NCBI GenBank assembly: GCA_964016885.1
Contig: OZ024746.1
Span: 73,780,001 to 73,844,000 of the forward strand
Source of the DNA: Eledone cirrhosa
Lineage: Eukaryota
DNA: 64,000 nucleotides
Direction of reading: 5' to 3'
Positions 25,656 through 41,167 of this stretch are shown one piece after another (position 1 is the first letter of the stretch; each line of letters begins with the position of its first letter). A model generated the notes under the pieces. The model saw nothing but the letters and a program-made list of their open reading frames with translations. It did no database searches and was not told the origin of the DNA. A program made the translations under genes and the position numbers.

Positions 25656-26250
25656 AATATTAAATTTTTGATAAAATAAAGTAGCAGTTAAATAAATACA
25701 CGAGTTGATTGAATCAATTTTGCCCTTCTCTCAAATTTGCTGGCCTTGTACCTAAATCAGAAACCATTATTCTTAGGGTGATCGTTTGACAATATCGGTA
25801 GAGCGTCTGATATGCTTTGATATGCTTGGTGGCATAGAGTTACAGCCCTTTATGTTCTGTGTTCAAATTCCGTCGAGGTTAGCTTTGCCTTTCATCCTTA
25901 CGGGTCGATAAAATAAAGTACCAGTAACGCACTGAAATCGATGTAATCGACTTTCCCTTCCCCCCAAATTGTTGGCCTTGTGCTTGGATCAGAAACTATT
26001 ATTATTATAATTAGTAGTATTCTTGTTAATATCAACAGGCCATATCAAGGGAGTCGTTGTAGAGTCGGAAAAATGTGTAGCTGTATTTGTTTCGGTTTTT
26101 ACGTTTTGAGTTCAAATCTTGTCGAAGTCAACTTTGTCTTTCATCCTTTCAGGGTCGATAAAATAAAGTGCCAATAAAACACTGGGGTTGATTTAATTTC
26201 CCATTCCCCATAAAATTACTGGCCTTGTGCCTAATGTAGAAATCATTATT
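25656..26250 (+). mobile_element. Three adjacent older SINE copies
   Basis: GTTCAAAT B-box and TTTCATCCTT..GGGTCGATAAAATAAAGT.CCA core, TGGCCTTGT 3' motif. Confidence 0.8.
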
Positions 26251-26627
26251 AGGTCATATTAAATACTGTGCATAGGTTTTTGTTGGTTTGACCTGAATGG
26301 AGGAGCTGTGCCAAAGCCATTTTTTTGTCCCCCACCCCTAAAGGTGGCGAGATTAATGCTGATAACGTTCCTATTTCAAGTAGACGCCTACAAGAAAATA
26401 TGTGTATGAGGGGAATTCCAGAAGACTAACGTTCTGGAAAGGTAGGACTGGGCATGATAGTTAGTGCACGGCTTTGGTGGTTAGACATAATATGGATAAT
26501 GAGATGGGCAAATGTTGGGAATAGATCTAGAAAAGGTTGATAGACTGATATACACACACACACATACACACACACACACATACACACACACATACACACA
26601 CACACACACATACACACATACACACAA

Positions 26628-26658
<31 letters not shown>

Positions 26659-26662
26659 CACA

Positions 26663-26716
<54 letters not shown>

Positions 26717-26743
26717 CACATACACACATACACACACACACAC

Positions 26744-26795
<52 letters not shown>

Positions 26796-26837
26796 ACACA
26801 CACACACACACATACACACACACACACACACATACAT

Positions 26838-27399
<562 letters not shown>

Positions 27400-28389
27400 A
27401 GAAAAAGGATATCATGTTTTCGGGTCTGAGCTTGACATGTATTGGAGAATGACTGCGTGCCAATCAAGTAAGTGGCATATCGCTCGCCTCCGTCTAAGTT
27501 ATCTAAATGTGTATTAGCAGCTCTGTTGTGGATATTAAAGCAGTTTTGTATAGGGCTACTTGTTGTTAGGGACCGAAGCAAAAACAGTATTTCAACTGCA
27601 GTCTTTGATATATTGTGGATATGTGTTCGCTAGGAAAGAACTTCAACGATAGTGAAACCTATCTTTTGAAGCAGGCGCGAGAAAATTTAGTTTCGTGCTG
27701 TTCATATTTAATGGGGAAGGAAGTGCAATAATATTTTCTTGATATGTATAGTTATTGTTTTTTAGTATGCCGATTAATATTATATTAAAAGTCATCCAAT
27801 ATTTTTATCGAAAGATAAATAATATGAATATATAAAGAATATATAAAATTATATTATCTTATGATCAACACATTTTGATCAATATTTTGCTGTTTCTCCT
27901 ATCAATACTTTCATCTTTTAAATAATGTCTTTCATAATATATGTATTTTTCATTACATTTTTAAAATTATTCAGTGTGAAGTGCAGCTTCTGAGCTCATA
28001 ATCTTGTGAATGACTATAGAAACCCTTCGGAGAAATGTTTCCTAGTGCTACAGACATACTTGTAATCCGTTTCTTGGTTTAACACGACCACTTAACTGCC
28101 TTTAGTGGAGATCACACTGTTGCACATATTCGGACCAGGTTTCCGTTATGACGTTACTAGTTTAGCTTAACAACACAGACGAGTCAGTTTTCAACTGAAA
28201 TTCTAAATGGACACAAATACTGATGAAAACCATTGTCTTTAATTTGCTACCTATTTCGTTTATTTCATCTATGATAATTAGCAATTGATTTCCAGTTTGC
28301 ATTATGAAGATCCATGTTACAAAATGGGTGGTCTGGAGAGAGGTCATTGGGTTTAACTTTCGGCTGGTGGAATCAGTTTACAGAGAAAT

Positions 28390-28875
28390 ATGTCATGGTC
28401 TGAAAGAAGGAGCAGTTCAACTAGAACCCTTGCGAATGCCGGATGATGAGGAGTCACCAGAGTTTAAAATACTAAGTATGTGGGGTGATCAAGGCGACCG
28501 AGGTAGATTACTGCACAAGTGGTAAATTAACAATTCATTAGCTTTAGCATTGCAGAGAGTTAGTGAGATGTTTGAGAGTGGAGCATGGCAACCGAATGTA
28601 GTCATTCAAGGCCGTTTGTATCATTGTATCAGTAATTTAGAAGTTACCCCAGGAGAGAGGCTTCGATTCGCTCAAATTTACGTTAACGATCCAGATTATA
28701 GTGAATCGGAGGAGGATATCAGAATCGGTTGGATGAAGTTGCCCGGAAATATAACTGAACTTGAACGGCAAAGGTTAAATGATTTGATCCGTGATTTGCA
28801 ATCATGGCTTAGACAGTGTAATCCTTATATTATGGATTTCATGTTGGTGGCTGAACTGCAAAATGTTCAGCAGCA
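28390..28875 (+). pseudogene. Helitron Rep-helicase N-terminal fragment
   Basis: NNSLAL..., PNVVIQGRLYH, FAQIYVND and LQSWLRQCNPY match the IQGxxYH / FAQIYxxD / NPY motifs of Helitron proteins; contains a stop. Confidence 0.75.
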
Positions 28876-29237
28876 AATTTTAAAATTATTCAGTGTGAAG
28901 TGCAGCTTCTGTGCTCATAATCTTGTGAATGTCTATAGAAACCCTTCGGAGAAATGTTTCTTAGTGCTACAGACATACTTGTAATCCGTTTCTTGGTTTA
29001 ACACTTGGTTTAACTGCCTTTAGTGGAGTTCACACTGTTGCACATATTCGGACCAGGTTACCGTTATGACGTTACTAGTTTAGCTTAACAACACAGACGA
29101 GTCAGTTTTCAACTGAAATTCTAAATGGACACAAATACTGATGAAAACCATTGTCTTTAATTTGCTACCTATTTCGTTTATTTCATCTATGATAATTAGC
29201 AATTGATTTCCAGTTTGCATTATGAAGATCCATGTTA

Positions 29238-29423
29238 GGGCGGTGAATTGGCAGTATCGGTAGAGGGTCGGACGCCATGCTTTGCAGCATAGTTAGGTGC
29301 CTTTACGATCTGAGTTCAAATCCCGTCGAGGTTAACTTTGCCTTTCATCCTTACGGGGTCGATAAAATAAAGTACCAGTAATGCACTGGGATAATTGCTG
29401 GCCTCGTGCGAAAAGTAGGAACA
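29238..29423 (+). mobile_element. SINE with 19-bp TSD
   Basis: ATTATGAAGATCCATGTTA at 29219-29237 and 29424-29442; the empty site is at 28301-28319. Confidence 0.95.
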
Positions 29424-29795
29424 ATTATGAAGATCCATGTTACAAAATGGGTGGTCTGGAGAGAAGTCATTGGGTTTAACTTTTGGCCGGTAGAATCAGT
29501 TTACAGAGAAATATGTCATGGTCTGAAAGAAGGATTTTCCCACTGTAAACTGTGATTCAACCAGCCGGAAGTTAGCCCGCGTCAAGGACCATGCAGTATG
29601 GCTCTTTTTCGTTCTTCTCATCACATTGCAGTTTCATTGGTCTTATTCGTGCCAGTCACCAATTTGGTACTTTCTCAAACCTACGAAGCGAAAGGGCGTT
29701 TGTGCTTAGGCACGAATAATAAAGTGTGTGTGTGTGTATTGATCAGCATACAGCCACGTATATATATTTATATATATGCGTCGGTGTAAGCTGGT

Positions 29796-29829
<34 letters not shown>

Positions 29830-29830
29830 A

Positions 29831-29923
<93 letters not shown>

Positions 29924-29928
29924 TATAT

Positions 29929-29964
<36 letters not shown>

Positions 29965-30220
29965 ACACATATCACAGTGCACTAGTTTTGTGAGTATTGG
30001 CTGTATTAGATAAGAAACACCAGTAATTCGGTTCAGTAAATACCAAACAATAACAACAAATATAGAGGAAATCTATACCTAAACAGAAATTAGCCTTCTC
30101 CATGGTTGGTCAGTGGATAACAAATAGATTCTTACATTAAAAACTTCAAGTACTTCTAACTAGTACTTAAGATATCATCTGATTGTACGAGTAAAGATCG
30201 GCAAAGCACCTCTAAGAGCA

Positions 30221-30252
<32 letters not shown>

Positions 30253-30254
<2 letters not shown>

Positions 30255-33200
30255 GATAGAGTAAGACACGCTTCGCATCGGCTCCGCTATTCCATCGGGA
30301 TTTACCCTTACTATTGTAAGTACCGGATAAATTTTTTAGTGCAACACATTTGGAACACTAACCCCTGTTATTTAGGGAAACATTTTTGCATTTACCCCCT
30401 TTTTAGGGGGTAAAATAAATATCTATTTTTGCCGAAAAATTTCTTTCTTGGCAGCATGGCGGAAAAGATGGCAGACATGTCTGCCATTAGCTCTGCCACG
30501 CCCCCCAAGTCTGAAGAACAAAAAATAATTACAACAAAATTAGACATTGAAACAAACAAACAAAATGAAAAAACAAATGTTAAGGAAAATGAGCAAACAG
30601 AAAACAAACAAACAGAAAATAATACAAATAACGACAGGGCAACTTTCGCCCAGAAAACAAAACAATCCATTACATACACACCAATTGACCTAACTGCCGC
30701 CAGAGAAAAACTGGCCGAAGCAAAGAAACACATTGTTTTGGGGGAGAACGGAATGTTTTCCATTAACTCCCCCCCAGAATTCAAGAAAGCCAGAGCAGAA
30801 AACACAGTTCTATACAGAACTATACTGAACCAGACAAGAAAGCCAGCACAGCCCAGCCAAATGGAAATAGAGTTAGTCCTAAAAGACTATATGAAGAATA
30901 TTCTCTTCATACGAAAGGACCGACTCTATGGCAGCATTTCGGTCCTAACAAGAGACAAAGAAACGGCGGAGAAGCTTTCCCTAAGCCCACTCTCGTCGAC
31001 AACATATAGCTTCTGTCCCTCCTACATGGGTAGAAGAACACAGAGAGTAAAAGTAAAAACAATGCTGCCCACAATGGACTTCTGGTGGGCTATTGCGGGC
31101 TTCATTGATATGGGCGAAGACACTATGCTGTCAATGGGGAAGGCAACTGGAGATGCGTTCCTGGGAATGGGCCTCGACATACTAGTCCAAATGAGGCCCG
31201 AAAGAATAGCACAAATCCCGGATCGCATCTGGCTGATGACCTTACCCCAATAGACATAATTGTAGAGGGGAGAAGACCAGCATGCTATTTATGCATGGAA
31301 AGGGGACACGTTAAGGCTAACTGCCCGAAACGTATCCCCCAAAAAGGACTATTGCCCACACCCACCACAAACAGTACACCAGCACCACCCACCTCCAAAA
31401 ATACACTAATACCACACACAGCAAACAAAATACAGACACCACCAACCACAAACACAACACAAACATCACCACCACCAGCACCAAACACAAGCACGACACA
31501 AAAATCACCACCACCAACCACAACACAAACATCACCACCACCATCACCAACCACAAGCACGACACAAACATTACCACCACCACCACCACAAAACCCATTC
31601 CAAACAAATAATAAAAAAAACAGTAACAAATCTACCCCTCCCGCAAAAAAAAACAACCACACAACACGTCCCTCCCACCTAGCGCTGAAGAGTTTCCCCC
31701 AACTTCTGAAGAAGAAGGAGGAGAAGCCTTCAGACAAGTTAAAAGAAAAAAAAGAAAACACACACCCAGCACACCACAAATAACCCACACACAAACACCA
31801 ACTCCAATCAAAAACACCCCACCCTCAACAAACAAAAATAAATCTGCGCCTCCCCTCTCCGAAACATTGACAGCATCACAAAAAAAGACGTTGCAATACA
31901 CATATATAAATAAAGAAAACAAAAAACTGGTTAAATTAATAAACAATAACCCTATGGTGCAGACCGAAGGGCCAAACTTTATCTCAACAGAGAACTTCAC
32001 CCATTTAAAAATGATAAAGGTCCCTCTGGACCTTTATCGTTCCTTAAAAGAACAATTTAGACGGGACGTGAGCCCCCCCCTGTTTAAAACCGTTGAATCG
32101 CGTCCTCTTGAAAGATTTCGCCATAACCGCCCCTCTCCCTGACACAACTCCAAATACCCCAACCCCACCACACACGTGTACCCCCACACCACCACAAAAC
32201 ATCCCTCCACCCAACACACCTGATGCCATGGAAATTACGCAACCCGGAGAGGTAAGTGCTTTTCTTTCTTCACTTTCAACACCAAAATAGATCAATTGAG
32301 AGTTGGCTGTTTGAACGCGCGTGGCCTGGGCTCAGCTTGGAAGCAAGCAAAGCTTCTAAGTGACCTCAGGTCACAAAGTATAGATGTGATGGTTGTTTGC
32401 GAGAGTCGGATCAGCAGCGTGAGACAGCTGGCGCCCGCCTTCGATGACTTTGAGATGCACGCATCTCTCTGTCAACCCGGAGGCGGGGGGGGGGGGGGGA
32501 GTTGCCGTACTGCTGGATAAACGTCTGACTCTCGACGTACAGATTGTTCACTCGGACCCGGGGGGTCGATTACTGGTGCTGGCTGGACGTCGGAGGCGGT
32601 GAAGGCGGGGCTTTCAGACTGGTCGGTCTTTATGCTCCCTTCGGGGCGGAAAGAGCCGACTTCTTCCAGCGTCTGGAGACTTTTCTAGGAACGTCGCGTT
32701 CCCTGCTTTTAGTGGGGGACTGGAATGGAATCCTAGATGCGCGTTGGGACTATGCAGGGGCATGTCCCGATAGAGGGGGGTGTAGCAGCCTCAAGGGGTT
32801 ACTCGATCGATTCGACCTGGTCGATAGATTTCGACTAGATTGTCCAACTGCGCCAACCTGGACCTGGGCAAACCGCAGTGGACAATCTAGATCGTACCTA
32901 GATAGGTGTTTGGTTAGGAGTAAGGATAGGGACGTATTTAGTTGTCCAGAACTGATCATGGTTGGCTATTCAGATCACAAATTAGTGACCTGCGTGGTCA
33001 ACCTTGATAGAACGCATAGACAGGGTCCCGGTTACTGGAAGATGAACTTGTCCTTACCGACAAAGAAAGATTACAGAAACCGGATTAGTAGCTTAGTTAA
33101 GATGCGGTTGACGGGAGCGATCGTCAACAGTAGGTGGTGGATATCTCTAAAGAGAGAGATTAGAGTAAGTTCGATAGGTTACAGTAAGGAACTAGCGGCG

Positions 33201-35966
33201 AATAGAAATAGGAGGGAAAGGGAGTTAACAGATAAACTAGAAGAGGCGATTAGGAGCGGAGACGTAGCCAGAGTGTTAGCGATGAAAACGGCATTGAGCC
33301 AGTTCTTTGACGCGAAGCACGAAGGCTGCGTTGTCCGAAGTAAAATACGTGCTTTAGGAAACGAGGGGACCAAAGCTGTTAGCTGGGCCCGCGTGACAGA
33401 AGCCAAGAGTGGGATTAAATCCACCATTCGGTCTTTGCGAGACCAGGATGGACGGGTGATCCTTGAACCTGAGCGAATGTGCGAGACCTTTCAAAGGCAC
33501 TTTGCTCGACTGTTCGGAGGTGGCGGGGGGCCGGACGGGGATGTGGACTTCGGTCCATACCTCGACGGTCTACCGCGTCTTTCGAGCGGCGAAGCGGAGT
33601 GCTGCGAAAGGCCAATCACAGCCACTGAAATCGGGGAAGCGCTCAGCCAATGCAGCAGACGCAAATCCCCGGGTCTCGATGGTCTACCATACGAACTTTA
33701 TTTAGCTATGCCGGTCTTGTTCTCCGAACTCCTCGAGGCTGTCTATTGCAACTGGCAACAGAACGGGAGAATTCCCTGTTCTGTGACAAAGGGCGTGGTC
33801 ACGCTAGTGAGGAAGGACGAGAGCAAGGGGGACGACTTAAGTAACTTTAGGCCCATAACTCTGCTGAATGCAGAGTTACAGATTTTGGCCAAGGTATTGG
33901 CGAAGAGGTTGGCGCTTGTGGTGGGTGGTTTGGTGGGAGACGCGCAGACATGCGCTATCCCGTCCAGGTCCATTCACGACAACCTCCACCTCATGCGATA
34001 CATCATAGAGAGGGTTGGCTACGAACCCGGCTTTGGTGGGGCCCTGATCAACTTGGATCAATCTAAGGCGTTCGATAGGGTCGACCATGGTTACCTGGAT
34101 GCGGTGCTAGCGGCGGCGGGCTTCGGACCCGTTTTCAGGGGCTGGATTTCTGCCATGCACAGTGGCAACATCTACTCTAGAATTAAAGTAAACGGCTACC
34201 TCTCGGAGCCGTTTCAAATCACCCGATCCATCAGACAGGGGTGCCCCCTCTCCTCCCTTCTGTACGTATTGACTCTCGAGCCACTGCTGCGGAAGTTGGA
34301 GTTGCTGCGGGGCATACCCCTGGAACCGGGATTGCACAAAGCGGTCTCGGCCTATGCCGACGACGTAACAGTAATGGTGGCGGACGCCTCGGAAATCGGG
34401 GCGATCGCCACCCTACTGGAGGAATACGAAAGGCTGACGGGGGCTTAGCTGAACCAGGACAAGTCAGTCGGTTTGCAACTCGGAACGTGGAGGGGCAAAC
34501 CGATGCCGTTAGACGGTGTCGTCGGGCGGTGGACGGAGGGCCCGGTGAAGCTGCTCGGGGTCTGGTTCGGACCGGACCTCCAGGTGGAGAAGAATTGGGG
34601 CGAGGTGACGAGCAGGGTGTTTGCGCTGACCCAGAAGTGGGCCAAGTGCAAACTATCACTGAAAGGTCGGGCGGAGGTGACGAACGCTTACATAGCGTCC
34701 GTCATCTACTACCGCCTGACCGTCGTGCCTTGCCCCAAGGAAAAGCTCACCATCATGGAACGCATGCTCTTCCAGTTCCTCTGGAAGAAGCGGCCTCCCA
34801 TGGTGAGGAGATCCATCTGCTGCCAGCACCCTTCGAAAGGAGGGCTGGGTATGCCGTGGCTGTTGATGCGTAGGCACGCATTGAGGCTACGGCATCTACA
34901 GGTATTCCTCAACTGTCAGCCGGTGTGGGCCCCGTTTGTGAGGCGAGCCTTCCCACAGCTCGTCTCGCTCACCGAACTGCAATCCTGGGTGAAGCAAAGA
35001 CCGAGAAAACTGGGCAACTGGCACACTGAGTGTGCCCAGGCGCTCACGGCTATCTGGCAAGCGGACCCGACTGTCAGTGGAGAATCCACCTCGACATTCT
35101 ATAGAGGGTTGGTGGCTAGCAGGGGCGACGACACCCTTGGAGAGTCGCTAGGCATGGAGGAGGACGAACTCGCCAGCCTGTTCGGTAGAACTTTCGGCCC
35201 GGGACCCATGGACAACTTCCAGAGGTCCCTAGCCTGGCAGTGTTACCGGGGGGCTCTGCCCGTTCGAGAAAAGCTCTACAGACACGGGCGCCCGGGCAGG
35301 GATCCCGCGAAAAAGATCTGTCCCAGATGCGTGCGCGACGAGGAAACCGTTGCGCATGCACTGGTACACTGCCCGGGCGTTGCCGATCTGTGGGGCTACG
35401 TCGAACGACTGCTGTCGCGTGTGGCGCCGATTCGATTAACCGCCGAGTCTGTGGTGAACATCAAGCCGCCTCCTCCCTTCAGAAATGAAGCAGAGGCGGT
35501 CTTTCTGTGCGTAATAGCCATGATGAAAGAGGTTGTGTGGTGGACGCGCCTGAAAGGTCTGAGGTCGGGTGACTTTCTCTCCGGCCATCACCTGGTTTAC
35601 TTCTTCCGATACCACTTCGGAAGAAGAATCAGGATGGAGAGAGAAGTGCTTGGTCCCAGACAGTTTTATGAAAGGTGGGTGAAAGAAGCGAGAATGGCCC
35701 GTGTAAATGGGCCTTCTCTCTACATTGTTGTGTAGGTGAAGAAGTGAAGAGGAAAGGGGGAGCGCCTCCTCTCTGGGCTTCCCCCGCGAAAAGAGTTGCA
35801 CACTTTTCGGGGGTATGTGCAATCCCCAACACGCCCCCTCCCTTTTGAGGACTTTTTATTGTTATATTATTATTGTTATTCCTTTTTTCTTTACTCGATT
35901 TATGTAAACTCCCCCACTGTGTAAATGTCCCCTTCTTTTGTGCCCTCGTGGCAAATAAATAGAAAT

Positions 35967-35968
<2 letters not shown>
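30253..35968 (+). mobile_element. Near-full-length Tx1/L1-clade LINE inserted in (TATC)n
   Basis: ORF1 ~30457-32290 (CYLCMERGHVKANC knuckle), ORF2 ~32287-35735; (TATC)n on both flanks. Confidence 0.93.
32287..35735 (+). pseudogene. ORF2 APE-RT-CCHC, with frameshifts near 32490-32580 and a stop at 34446-34448
   Basis: NARGL, GDWN, YSDH, RQGCPLS, AYADD, CPRC...HALVHC. Confidence 0.93.
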
Positions 35969-36006
<38 letters not shown>

Positions 36007-36026
36007 ATTTCTATCTATCTATCTAT

Positions 36027-36640
<614 letters not shown>

Positions 36641-36874
36641 ATTTTTTTTCTTTGCTTGTGTTTTTTTCGCTTGTGATTTTTTTGCTTGTGCTTTTTACTT
36701 TTATTTATACATATTACACTTCCAACCAGTGCTGCCTGTAATTGTGTTATTTCAAGCGGAACATCCTTTTAACTCCTGAATCTCCACATGATGCCTTTGA
36801 CACTAATAACAACTATGTACCCTAAATGTTCTAAATGACTAGGATTCTAGTTACACGTTTTCGACATTCCTTAT

Positions 36875-36919
36875 GCTCCGATGATTCCAGACTTCCCTCT
36901 GGAAGAAACGATTGTCAGC
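36875..36919 (+). ncRNA. Type I hammerhead with one core substitution
   Basis: GCT-CCGATGA-TTCCAGA(CTTCCC)TCTGGAA-GAAA-CGATTG-TC-AGC; the core reads CCGAUGA instead of CUGAUGA. Confidence 0.7.
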
Positions 36920-37107
36920 TAATAAATGTTCTAAACTAAAATTTGATCGTTGTAACACTTTATATATATTTTATATATATATATATATATATAATATATA
37001 TATCTCTTTTACCTGTTTCAGCCATCCGGCTGAGGCCATATATATATAAAGTGTTAAAACGATCACCTGAAGTGTAAATAAGTAAAATTCACTCTCATTA
37101 ATATCAC

Positions 37108-37171
<64 letters not shown>

Positions 37172-37236
37172 GTGATATTAATGAGAGTAAATTTTACTTA
37201 TTTACACTTCAGGTGATCGTGCATACATATATGTAT

Positions 37237-37754
37237 ACGTCTGTATACATATATGTATGCACGTATACATACATACATACATTTAAGTAAGTGCCGTACT
37301 AAGAGTGAGAAATGAAATTTCGTTTTATTCTATTCCATTTATCATTTTCGGTGTGCCCGGCCGACTGAACTCACTCGATATGCAAATTAGGCTGCTCAGC
37401 CGTTAATATGCATAAGGAAAGTATATACTTTCAGACGTTCAACCATCTGGCAGGAAGGTATACGATGCTGACGATAGCTAATAAGCTTGAAACTAGTACA
37501 TCGTTCCTGTGTCAGTGTTGAACAAAAAGGTGACGTGGTTGCCTAAACACTGTACATCGTACAAACAAACAAACCGATCATTATAATAAATGTTCGGTAA
37601 ACCGATATATATATATATGTGTGCATGTATGTATATATATACATACTACTGTACGTCTGTATACATATATGTATGCACGTATACATACATACATACTTAC
37701 ATTTAAGTAAGTGCCGTACTAAGAGTGAGAAATGAAATTTCGTTTCATTCTATT

Positions 37755-37758
<4 letters not shown>
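37237..37758 (+). mobile_element. Diverged 1.25-unit copy of the retrozyme-like family (period 420), hammerhead at 37463-37503
   Basis: ATTTAAGTAAGTGCCGTACT at 37281 and 37701; CGATG-CTGACGA-T-AGCT(AATA)AGCT-T-GAAA-CTAG-TA-CATCG. Confidence 0.85.
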
Positions 37759-37800
<42 letters not shown>

Positions 37801-37980
37801 GTAATATTAATGAGAGTAAATTTTACTTATTTACACTTCAGGTGCTAACACACTTCTTAATATACAACTTAATTAACGCAAATTAGAAGCAAATTAGTAC
37901 GTCCATTTCAGAATAATTTAAAGAGAGAATGGGTCTAGAAACCAATCAAATATTTCCTCGTGGTTGCTTGGATGATGTAC

Positions 37981-38029
37981 ACGTCTTCTGATGAGGCCCC
38001 AACTAAGTCCGAAAATCGATTAAAGGTGT
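37981..38029 (+). ncRNA. Type I hammerhead ribozyme
   Basis: ACGTCTT-CTGATGA-GG...CC-GAAA-ATCGAT-TA-AAGGTGT; 7-bp stem I with G-U pairs, palindromic stem III, weakened stem II. Confidence 0.72.
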
Positions 38030-38972
38030 TTTTTTTTTTTCAATTTACAGGAAAATTTGTATTTTCTGGCCAACATATTAAAAATGTGTATACTAGTTTA
38101 TTCATTGTTGTAGTCTCAGTTACCCCCTCTGTATATCTACAGACTTTACTGTACACATCGGCTGCTAGCGCACTTCTTAATATATATATGCTATTTAAGA
38201 TACCAACTCAGTTATTTTTTATGCAAAGTATATTAGCAGAGAACTCATTGATTCTGAATGAGAACTCATTGATTCTGAAAAATATTCATATTCATAGCAA
38301 TGGTATGGTGTTATTGTCCCGTAAGTCCTGATAGAGTCATAGGAGCGCCGTACAGCGTCTCTTGGGTATTTTAAGCTTGGCGGAGCCCATAACTGAGTAC
38401 AGCAGATTTCTTCCACAGAAAGATACAAAGTGAGAGAGAAAGAAAATGAGAAAGATATATAGACCAAAAATCGAACCCAGTATTAGACTGGTACTTTTTT
38501 TATCGACCTCTAAAGGATGAAAGACCAAGTTGACCTCGTCGGGATTTGAAGTCAAAGAGCAGATAGCCGGAACGAATACCATAACGAATTATGTCCGACG
38601 TTCTAACGACTCTGCCAATAATATACTTAAATATAACGAATTATATGTTTCAGGAAAATAGAGCCATCTCATATGCCTCTGGAAGAAGTTATGCATATAG
38701 TAGTATATTATGTTGAAACAGGGTCTTGCTTTTCTGCTTTCTACTTATATTGACACAGGGTCTTGTTTTTGTTACTTACAGGAAGTTATAGAGAAATTAG
38801 CTTCTTGTATACTTCTCGGCAAAGAAACACGTACTACCAATACAGAAGATACCCCAAATTATTTATATTACGCACACACACATACACATATATATATGTT
38901 TATATATATACACACACATATATATATATATGTGTGAGTGGTGTATGTGTGTGTATGTTTATGTATATGTAC

Positions 38973-39126
<154 letters not shown>

Positions 39127-39745
39127 TTATGATACAAAGACACACAGTCTTTTATATTCGCACAGAATAAGACAGGTAATCTCACACTCATATATCAGAT
39201 AAGATTCAACTAGCAGCAACTCTAATCTAACCTTATAGCACCAATTTTGAAGTGTTGAATGCGATGTATTGTTTCTTTCCATTGCCATTGCCCATTTAAG
39301 CAATGCTTCATTGTTTAGTGAAATATATCTGGGTGGTGAACAGCTATCACGAATAGTTTGGACGGGGTGTGTTTTTTTTTTCAGTATGAACTTTAAATAT
39401 GTTAGAATGCGTTAGCTGTTTGACAATATTAAGTGAGAAAATCTGGTCCGGTTGAAGAACGTAGTAATATCATTCTAAACAGCACAACGTTTATGGGGGT
39501 TATGGAAGATTTGTTAAATGGCAAAAGAAAATCTGCCTTAATTTCATATATTCTAATTTTAAGCATTGAATGAGTTTAACGCTGTTAAATATATTCTCTA
39601 TACATTGTAAATGGAAATCTTTCACGTACACTTTAGAAATATTATCTAAACGATAAGTAAAATTATTGAATTATTTTAATCTTTCACAATACACACTTAC
39701 AATACAGTGTCAGCTTTAAATTTCAGTAAATGTTTATAGTACAAA

Positions 39746-39848
<103 letters not shown>

Positions 39849-39968
39849 ATATATATATATATAATATATATATAAAGAGAGATGAGAGGGAGGAGAGTAG
39901 AATAACACACATATGTATGCACATATATAGATATATACGTACATCTCATAATTTCTCTCTCTCCCTCT

Positions 39969-41167
<1,199 letters not shown>

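Larger units (their letters stand above)
27960..29534 (+). repeat. Direct ~450-bp duplication (27960-28411 and 28879-29534) bracketing a Helitron fragment
   Basis: Near-identical sequence at offset 919; the second copy carries a SINE insertion. Confidence 0.9.
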
